Origin: an uncultured Erysipelotrichaceae bacterium
Lineage (GTDB): Bacteria; Bacillota_I; Bacilli_A; Erysipelotrichales; Erysipelotrichaceae
Length of the DNA stretch: 5,442 bases
Direction: 5' to 3'
Assembly (NCBI GenBank): GCA_964457525.1
Contig: CAYWGS010000104.1
Coordinates: forward strand, 1-5,442
Part shown: positions 1 through 5,442 of the stretch, piece by piece
Position numbering within the stretch: position 1 is the stretch's first letter
How the letters are laid out: the number at the start of each line of letters is the position of its first letter
The notes under the pieces: model-generated
The model's input: the letters and a program-made list of their open reading frames with translations, nothing else
What the model was told of the DNA's origin: nothing
Database searches by the model: none
Program-made: the position numbers and the translations under genes

Positions 1-200
1 ATCTAGATCTAAACAAGAATGAAATAATTATATTCAATTTCCATTACTCTAGCTCTAACTCATTCTATAAGAAATTAGGTGCTAGCATTATCAAACAAAC
101 ACATCAATTAGAAGAAAAAGTTCCGATTGATGCATTCTCATGTGATCTACAAGACATGTTAAACAACATTAATCAACGAATTAATAAATATCCACTCTAA
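1..200 (+). CDS. 3' end of an unidentified protein-coding gene (last 65 codons; start lies outside the window)
   Basis: Frame 3 (codons from nt 3) is open from the window edge to TAA at 198-200. It reads LDLNKNEIIIFNFHYSSSNSFYKKLGASIIKQTHQLEEKVPIDAFSCDLQDMLNNINQRINKYPL*. It is absent from the supplied ORF track because it has no in-window start. A hairpin terminator begins 2 nt after the stop. The FYKKLGA segment loosely recalls the GNAT acetyltransferase FYxKxGF helix, but the spacing of neighbouring motif residues fits poorly, so no product is assigned. Confidence 0.55.
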   Translation, partial: LDLNKNEIIIFNFHYSSSNSFYKKLGASIIKQTHQLEEKVPIDAFSCDLQDMLNNINQRINKYPL

Positions 201-201
201 A

Positions 202-229
202 AAAATAACACTGTAATCAGTGTTATTTT
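202..229. terminator. Bidirectional rho-independent terminator shared by the convergent 1-200 ORF and speB
   Basis: Perfect 12-bp inverted repeat AAAATAACACTG (202-213) / CAGTGTTATTTT (218-229) with a 4-nt loop TAAT (214-217). The core is ACACTG/CAGTGT. Read on the + strand it is followed by a T-rich tail (TATTTTG). Read on the - strand it is followed by TATTTTTT. The stem is AT-rich and therefore only moderately stable. The speB stop codon (223-225) lies inside one arm. Confidence 0.6.
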
Positions 230-1089
230 GCTCTATTCTTAGATACCGCTATTAATATCTCACGGGTTAATTTACATGCAAGTGCAGTACTTGCGCCAGA
301 TTGATCATAGATTGGTGATAGTTCATTAATATCATATCCTACAATATTTAAATGACTCATGGCTAAGACTGAATTTAAAAGTTGAGTAAAGTTAATACCA
401 CCTGCTTCAGGTGTTCCAGTGCCTGGGAAGTTGGATGGATCTAGAACATCAAGATCAATCGTAATATAGACAGGTTTTCCCTTTAATTGAGGAAGGATAT
501 CCACCAAAGTATCACAACTACTCTTTTCAATGTAACTGTGTTCTTGAGCAAACACAAACTCTTCACGGGCTCCAGAACGTAATCCAAAATGGAAAATCTT
601 GTGATCTCCTACCAAGTCATAACAACGTTTTAGAACAGTCGCATGGGAATAGTATTCACCATAATACGTATCTCTTAAATCCGTATGTGCATCAAAATGG
701 ATGATGTGTAAATCAGGATATTTCTCAAATACCGCTCTAACACTTCCATAGGTTACCGTATGTTCTCCACCAATCATAAAAGGAATCTTATTATCCTTTA
801 CAATTGCTTTAGAACGCTCATAAATTGCTTCTAATGCACGTTCTGCACTTCCAAATGGCAATATGAGGTCACCACTATCACACACCTTACAGTCCTCTAA
901 ACCGTAATCAGAATAAGGACTGTATAATTCTAAACCAATGGATTCTGTACGAATCGCTGAACTCGCAAAACGAGTTCCAGGACGATACGAAGTAGTGGAA
1001 TCAAACGGTGCTCCAAACAAAACAATCTCCGCATCTTCATATTCACTGACACAACCCACAAACGTTTGAACATTCTTATTTAATGTCAT
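223..1089 (-). CDS. speB: Agmatinase (arginase/ureohydrolase fold, binuclear Mn enzyme)
   Basis: The 288-aa ORF aligns by eye along its length with B. subtilis SpeB (same length class, SYRPGTRF, LPFG and PDL.IIHFDAHTDLR blocks). All six arginase-family metal ligands are present: GGEH(110)TV, D(133)AH(135)TD(137)LR and ITID(212)LD(214)VLDP, plus PGTGTPEAGG. An SD sequence AAAGGAG (1100-1106, - strand) lies 10 nt upstream of the ATG at 1089. It is the last gene of the speA-speE-speB cluster. Confidence 0.95.
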   Translation of the reverse strand: MTLNKNVQTFVGCVSEYEDAEIVLFGAPFDSTTSYRPGTRFASSAIRTESIGLELYSPYSDYGLEDCKVCDSGDLILPFGSAERALEAIYERSKAIVKDNKIPFMIGGEHTVTYGSVRAVFEKYPDLHIIHFDAHTDLRDTYYGEYYSHATVLKRCYDLVGDHKIFHFGLRSGAREEFVFAQEHSYIEKSSCDTLVDILPQLKGKPVYITIDLDVLDPSNFPGTGTPEAGGINFTQLLNSVLAMSHLNIVGYDINELSPIYDQSGASTALACKLTREILIAVSKNRAK

Positions 1090-1930
1090 ACTCTAATAGC
1101 TCCTTTACGTAGTTTGGTAAGGCAAAACTGCCTTTATGTAAATCTGTATTGTAATAACGTGTTTTTAAACCTAACTGATGAACGGCCTCTTCATTTAAAT
1201 CCTTTACTGGATCATACTTCTTACTCGCAAAACCAAATAACCAATAACCTGATGAGAATGTAGGTATATGTGCTTGATACATCTTAACAATCGGAAACTT
1301 CTCTTTTAATCGTTTAATCGATTTCTGTATTGCCTTAACATTAAAATCATAATAAGGAGATTCATGTTGATTGACTAAAATCCCATCATCCTTAAGCGCA
1401 TTAAAGCAGTTACCATAGAACTCCCTTGAGAACAATCCTTCACTCGGACCAATTGGATCTGTTGAATCCACTAAGACCAAATCATACACCTTTTTATTTG
1501 AACGAACAAAACGCAAACCATCTTCAAATATGATTTTTACTCTTGGATCATTCAATGCATACGATGTCTTCTCAAAATACTCTTTACTAATACGTACCAC
1601 TTCTTCATCAATCTCTACCATATCAATGGATTCAATCTTAGGATATCGACACAATTCACGAATCGTTCCACCATCCCCTGCACCAATCACCAACACACGT
1701 TTTATATTGGGATTAACTGCCATAGGAACATGAACCATCATATCATGATAGATAAACTCATCCTTCTCAGTCATGGTCACATTTCCATCCATAACTAAGA
1801 TCTTCCCAAACTCAGGCGTATCAAATACGTCGATTCTCTGAATTCCCGTTTCTACGCTTACCAATTGACGATTGGTACGAATCGAGAATCGCACATTTTC
1901 ACTGTGTTCTTCCGTAAACCAATATTCCAT
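1076..1930 (-). CDS. speE: Spermidine synthase-type aminopropyltransferase (polyamine aminopropyltransferase)
   Basis: The 284-aa ORF shows the family hallmarks. These are N-terminal WFTE, MDGNVTMTEKDEFIYHDMMVHVP, the Rossmann/dcSAM motif VLVIGAGDGGTIRE, the VEID acidic loop, and the acceptor-site motif VDSTDPIGPSEGLF. An SD sequence GGAGG (1936-1940, - strand) lies 5 nt before the ATG. The ATG directly abuts the speA stop (TAAATG). Confidence 0.95.
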   Translation of the reverse strand: MEYWFTEEHSENVRFSIRTNRQLVSVETGIQRIDVFDTPEFGKILVMDGNVTMTEKDEFIYHDMMVHVPMAVNPNIKRVLVIGAGDGGTIRELCRYPKIESIDMVEIDEEVVRISKEYFEKTSYALNDPRVKIIFEDGLRFVRSNKKVYDLVLVDSTDPIGPSEGLFSREFYGNCFNALKDDGILVNQHESPYYDFNVKAIQKSIKRLKEKFPIVKMYQAHIPTFSSGYWLFGFASKKYDPVKDLNEEAVHQLGLKTRYYNTDLHKGSFALPNYVKELLEYDIK

Positions 1931-3388
1931 TTAGACCTCCAATACATTAATATACTCAATGTTTGTATCTTCAATACCGGTTAAAAAACTTCCTACTTCT
2001 TTTGCGTATAAGATATAATCAATCGCTACCTGTGTAATCTCTTCGCCTGGTGCTACAATTGGAATACCGGGAGGGTACACCATAATGGATTCACCACTGA
2101 TACAACCCAATGCATCTGTAATCTTCATTGGCTTCATCTTTGAATAATACGCTTTCTGTGGAGATACCTTCACTATAGGATTGATATAGTCAAATGGAAT
2201 CATCGACTTATTATCTGTTTCATAACTATCCTTAATATCTTGTAGAGCAGAAATCAAACGTTCAATCTGAGCCTTTGAATCCCCTATCCCAATAATTGCT
2301 AGAATATTCCCCAAATCACCTAATTCAACTTGTATATCATATTCATCTCGTAAGATATCATAGATTTCAGTCCCTGCTAAACCAATACCACGTGTATGGA
2401 TTGTCAATTTAGTTGGATCTAAATCAAATACACTATCACGATTAATCATCGCATTATCAAACGCATAATAACCTTCAATGCTCGATATTTCTTCTCGTGC
2501 ATACTTTGTTAAACATAAAACCTGATCAAAAACTCTTTCTCCCTGCAGTGCTAAGAACTTTCTTGTTATATCCAACGATGATAACAACAAATACGATCCA
2601 CTGGTTGTTTGCGTAAGATTGATCACTTGTCGAATCTCAGCTAATCGTTCTTTATCTTTAATCAATAAAATCGAACTCTGTGTTAAACTCCCACCCGTCT
2701 TATGCATGCTCACCGCAGCCATATCTGCCCCAGCATCCATTGCACTAATTGGCAATCCTGATTTAAAGTAAAAATGTGTTCCATGCGCTTCATCCACACA
2801 AACTTGCATCCCATGTCGATGCGCTAATTCTACGATTCCTCGTAAATTACTACATACCCCATAATAAGTTGGATTATTGATAAAAATCGCCTTTGCGTCA
2901 GGATTTTCTAAAATGGCTTGTTCCACACTGGATAGCTTCATTCCAAGGGGAATTCCATACTTTGGATGTACATCTGGATTAACATAGACTGGAATTGCTC
3001 CTGTTAAAATAAGTGCATAGATAACCGAACGATGAACATTTCGAGGAAGAATAATCTTCTCATTTGCTCGAGCGACTGATAACACCATCGTTTGTACCGC
3101 AGAAGTTGTGCCATTTAACATAAAAAATGCATGACCTGCATGAAATGCCTCTGCTGCTAACTCTTCAGCCTCTAAGATTACTCCACTAGGATGGCATAAA
3201 TTATCTAAATCTTTTCTTGAATTGACATCATACCTTAAACACTTCTCACCTAAAAAATCACGTAACATCGGATTCCCTTTACCTTGTTTATGACCTGGGA
3301 CATCAAAAGCGACGGTACGCTTGTATGCATGGGTTTCCATCGCTTCCGCAATGGGTGCTCGTGACTGATCTTTCTTTAAATCATTCAT
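1931..3388 (-). CDS. speA: Arginine decarboxylase, PLP-dependent, Orn/Lys/Arg decarboxylase family (B. subtilis SpeA type)
   Basis: The 485-aa ORF is collinear by eye with B. subtilis SpeA (about 490 aa). Shared blocks include FDVPGHKQGKG, IILPRNVHRS, NPTYYGV, VDEAHGTHF, the PLP-lysine motif SMHK(230)TGGSLTQSS (Lys codon at 2699-2701), DPTK and VYPPGIPI. Lysine decarboxylases belong to the same family, so arginine specificity is inferred from the operon link to agmatinase. A weak SD sequence AGGA (3396-3399, - strand) lies 7 nt before the ATG at 3388. Confidence 0.85.
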   Translation of the reverse strand: MNDLKKDQSRAPIAEAMETHAYKRTVAFDVPGHKQGKGNPMLRDFLGEKCLRYDVNSRKDLDNLCHPSGVILEAEELAAEAFHAGHAFFMLNGTTSAVQTMVLSVARANEKIILPRNVHRSVIYALILTGAIPVYVNPDVHPKYGIPLGMKLSSVEQAILENPDAKAIFINNPTYYGVCSNLRGIVELAHRHGMQVCVDEAHGTHFYFKSGLPISAMDAGADMAAVSMHKTGGSLTQSSILLIKDKERLAEIRQVINLTQTTSGSYLLLSSLDITRKFLALQGERVFDQVLCLTKYAREEISSIEGYYAFDNAMINRDSVFDLDPTKLTIHTRGIGLAGTEIYDILRDEYDIQVELGDLGNILAIIGIGDSKAQIERLISALQDIKDSYETDNKSMIPFDYINPIVKVSPQKAYYSKMKPMKITDALGCISGESIMVYPPGIPIVAPGEEITQVAIDYILYAKEVGSFLTGIEDTNIEYINVLEV

Positions 3389-3456
3389 TTTATATTCCTA
3401 TCTTATCGTTATTTACACACACTATCAATCAAGATGATTGTTTACTAATGCCAAAC

Positions 3457-3485
3457 AAATTATACAGTTTTGTCAAAATTATACA
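3457..3485. repeat. Perfect 10-bp direct repeat AAATTATACA (minus strand TGTATAATTT), two copies 19 bp apart
   Basis: Copies lie at 3457-3466 and 3476-3485. They flank a perfect minus-strand TTGACA (plus-strand TGTCAA, 3471-3476). All of this lies in the divergent speA/pepF spacer. Confidence 0.8.
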
Positions 3486-3486
3486 A
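3459..3486 (-). promoter_or_regulatory. Putative sigma-A-type promoter of the speA-speE-speB operon
   Basis: The minus strand reads TTGTAT (3481-3486), a 16-nt spacer, then TATAAT (3459-3464). The -10 is perfect and is directly preceded by TG, which is not the canonical TGnTATAAT spacing. The -35 keeps only the TTG. The predicted TSS near 3452 gives a leader of roughly 60 nt before the speA ATG. A second identical TGTATAATTT copy lies 19 bp upstream (see repeat feature), so the true TSS is uncertain. Confidence 0.45.
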
Positions 3487-3574
3487 TTAATTTTTTTGAT
3501 ATTTATCATGAAATTTTAATACTCTATTTTTCTTAAGATTAATTCAATTTTTTTGAAACGTTTGAGTCAAATAT

Positions 3575-3620
3575 TTCATAAAATATGTAAACTAGAGTAT
3601 AATTAATTTCATTAAGGAGA
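3575..3620 (+). promoter_or_regulatory. Putative sigma-A-type promoter and ribosome-binding site of pepF
   Basis: TTCATA (3575-3580, 4/6 match to TTGACA), a 17-nt spacer, then a perfect TATAAT (3598-3603). An SD sequence AAGGAGA follows at 3614-3620, and the ATG is at 3625. This implies a very short leader of about 15 nt. Confidence 0.5.
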
Positions 3621-3624
3621 TTCT

Positions 3625-5427
3625 ATGGAAAACAATTTAGTCTTAAAAAGAAACGAAGTCCCAACCGAATTAACATGGGATATTAGTACCGTATTTGAAA
3701 ATGTCGAAGCCTTTGAAAAATCATTTAAAGAAATCGAAGGATTATTACCTCAAGCACAGAAATATCAATCTAAACTTGCATCAAGTGCAGAATTCTTATT
3801 TGATGCTTTAACGTACCGAAATGAAGTATTAAAGAAGATTGAACACCTTTATACTTATTCACATCTTTTAAGTGATCAAGATACGAGTAATACCGAAAAC
3901 CAAGCACTTCAAAGTCGTGCACGTACACTATACAGTAAGGTAATTAGTGCGATATCCTTCTTTGAAACTGAACTCTTAGAAGCAGATGAAAATGTACTAC
4001 GTGAGTATTTGAAGAAAGATGAATTAAAACTTTACACGCATGAATTTGAATTGATGTTTGAACGTCGTAAATACATTCTAAGTGAAAAAGAAGAACTCTT
4101 ACTCGCTAAAGCGAGTGATGTGTTTGATGGAAGTAGTGAAACATTCTCTGTATTAAACAATGCGGATTTAAAGTTTAAACCGATTGAAACAGAAAGTGGT
4201 GAAGTATATCCATTATCCCATGGCCGTTATGGATTGTATCTCGAAAGTAAAGATCGTTCCATTCGTGAAAAAGCATTCAAGAATGTCTATGCGAGTTACC
4301 GTGATTTAAAGAATACTTTCGCATCTACATTAAGCAATACTGTTAAACTACATAATTTAAATGCCGATGTTCGTGGATTTAGTAGTGCTAGAGCAGCAGC
4401 TCTATTTGCGAATCATATTCCTGAATCGGTTTATGATGCACTCGTAGAGGCAATCAATCAACGACTCAATCTATTACATAAATATGTTGATTTACGTAAA
4501 CAATCCTTAAAATTAGATGAAGTTAGAATGTATGACCTTTATGTACCGATGGTAGAGGATGTAGAATTTAAATTCACTTACCAAGAAGCTCAAGAAATCA
4601 TTCTAAAGGCATTATCTGTATTAGGGGATGATTATGTATCTGTGCTTAAAAAAGCGTTTAATGAACGTTGGATTGACGTTTTAGAGAATGAAGGTAAACG
4701 TAGTGGTGCTTATTCAAGTGGAAGCTATACAACCAATCCATTTATCTTACTCAACTGGCAAGATAACTTAGATAATGTCTATACCCTTGCACATGAATTA
4801 GGTCATAGTTTACATTCGTATTATTCAAGACTTAACCAAGACTACATCTACGGTAGTTATTCCATCTTCGTTGCGGAAGTCGCATCCACAACGAATGAAA
4901 ACTTATTGACTGCTTACTTACTAAAGAAATACAAAGACCCTAAGATTCAAGCCTATATCATTAATCACTATTTAGATGGTGTTAAGGGTACAGTCTATCG
5001 TCAAACTCAATTCGCAGAATTTGAACACTTCATTCATAAATCACTACAAGATGGTATCGCATTAACCAGTGATTATCTATGTGAAAACTATGGAAAGATC
5101 AATCAAAAATACTATGGTGAAACAATGGTATACGATGATGAAATCAAGTATGAATGGGCACGTATTCCTCACTTCTATTACAACTATTATGTTTATCAAT
5201 ATGCGACAGGCTTCAGTGCCGCATCCGCATTAAGTTATAAAATTCTAAACGAAGGTGAATCCGCTGTTAAGAACTATCTAAAATTCTTATCTGCGGGATC
5301 CAGTGTTACTCCAATTGATGCCCTACTCATAGCAGGGGTTGATATGCGTAGTAACCAAGCAACCTTAGACGCATTAAAACTCTTCGAACTTCGCTTAAAT
5401 GAACTTGAAGAACTACTCAAGAAGTAA
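3625..5427 (+). CDS. pepF: Oligoendopeptidase F (M3B family zinc metallopeptidase)
   Basis: The 600-aa ORF has the typical PepF N-terminus (R.EVP.E.TWD). The thermolysin-type zinc motif is TLAH(390)ELGH(394)SLHSY (nt 4792-4806), with a downstream Glu ligand region FVAE(418)VASTTNE. The C-terminal WARIPHFYYNYYVYQYATG block is characteristic of M3B peptidases. A strong SD sequence lies upstream, and the stop TAA is at 5425-5427. Confidence 0.95.
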   Translation: MENNLVLKRNEVPTELTWDISTVFENVEAFEKSFKEIEGLLPQAQKYQSKLASSAEFLFDALTYRNEVLKKIEHLYTYSHLLSDQDTSNTENQALQSRARTLYSKVISAISFFETELLEADENVLREYLKKDELKLYTHEFELMFERRKYILSEKEELLLAKASDVFDGSSETFSVLNNADLKFKPIETESGEVYPLSHGRYGLYLESKDRSIREKAFKNVYASYRDLKNTFASTLSNTVKLHNLNADVRGFSSARAAALFANHIPESVYDALVEAINQRLNLLHKYVDLRKQSLKLDEVRMYDLYVPMVEDVEFKFTYQEAQEIILKALSVLGDDYVSVLKKAFNERWIDVLENEGKRSGAYSSGSYTTNPFILLNWQDNLDNVYTLAHELGHSLHSYYSRLNQDYIYGSYSIFVAEVASTTNENLLTAYLLKKYKDPKIQAYIINHYLDGVKGTVYRQTQFAEFEHFIHKSLQDGIALTSDYLCENYGKINQKYYGETMVYDDEIKYEWARIPHFYYNYYVYQYATGFSAASALSYKILNEGESAVKNYLKFLSAGSSVTPIDALLIAGVDMRSNQATLDALKLFELRLNELEELLKK

Positions 5428-5442
5428 AAAAACGGAAATTTC

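Noticed and set aside
1-10. ATCTAGATCT at the window edge (overlapping XbaI/BglII-type palindromes)
   Set aside because: It lies inside the open reading frame of the truncated ORF and at an arbitrary window boundary. There is no partner repeat elsewhere in the window, so it is not a terminal inverted repeat.
1667-1684. SpeE glycine-rich motif reads GAGDGG rather than the more usual GGGDGG
   Set aside because: This is a conservative Gly-to-Ala change in a loop, and every other catalytic and binding motif is intact. There is no basis for inferring altered function.
1530-1733. 67-aa + strand ORF from the supplied track
   Set aside because: It lies entirely antisense within the strongly supported speE gene. 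It has no SD sequence, and its low-complexity sequence resembles no family I recognise. It is an antisense-frame artefact.
3471-3476. Perfect minus-strand TTGACA considered as the -35 of the speA promoter
   Set aside because: It lies only 6 nt from the proximal TATAAT, and no acceptable -10 sits 16-18 nt downstream. It is therefore not used as the -35 in the promoter call. It is discussed under the findings instead.
3325-3519. 64-aa + strand ORF, including an internal 23-codon hydrophobic peptide (ATG 3448, MPNKLYSFVKIIQLIFLIFIMKF) that superficially resembles a small membrane peptide or type I toxin
   Set aside because: The long version starts antisense inside the speA N-terminus. Neither ATG has a GGAG-like SD sequence upstream. 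The hydrophobic run is simply the translation of T-rich promoter DNA, and no cognate antisense RNA or terminator structure is evident.
3468-3554. Several T-tracts (3468-3471, 3491-3497, 3514-3517, 3527-3531, 3548-3554) that might indicate phased, intrinsically curved promoter DNA
   Set aside because: Centre-to-centre spacings of about 24, 21, 13 and 22 bp are not consistently in helical phase. This looks like ordinary AT-rich intergenic composition.
3546-3569. Short palindromes AAACGTTT (3556-3563) and TGAGTCA (3563-3569), a cre-like TGAAACG, and an 11/15 match to the CodY box AATTTTCWGAAAATT (3547-3561), all upstream of the pepF -35
   Set aside because: The TG-to-CG spacing is one nt short of the CcpA cre consensus. 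The CodY match has four mismatches in a very AT-rich stretch. Palindromes of 7-8 bp are expected by chance in a spacer of this composition. None of this supports calling an operator.
5428-5442. AAAAACGGAAATTTC immediately after the pepF stop, possibly the left arm of a terminator hairpin
   Set aside because: The window ends before any complementary arm or T-run could be seen, so the call cannot be supported.

Overview
This AT-rich window resembles a low-GC Bacillota chromosome and is almost fully explained by four recognisable housekeeping genes. The minus strand carries a tightly packed three-gene polyamine operon. It runs speA (B. subtilis SpeA-like PLP decarboxylase of the Orn/Lys/Arg family, 1931-3388), then speE (spermidine synthase-type aminopropyltransferase, 1076-1930), then speB (agmatinase, arginase fold, 223-1089). 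The operon ends at a hairpin terminator shared with a convergent, 5'-truncated unidentified ORF (1-200, + strand). The plus strand carries pepF (M3B oligoendopeptidase F with an HELGH zinc site, 3625-5427). It is transcribed divergently from a 236-bp AT-rich spacer (3389-3624) that holds both putative promoters. I see no tRNA or rRNA, CRISPR array, transposase or integrase, toxin-antitoxin pair or defence-like gene. I find no convincing evidence for a novel system. The findings are modest and scored accordingly: operon architecture, no dcSAM supplier in the window, and a duplicated TATAAT-containing repeat in the divergent promoter region.
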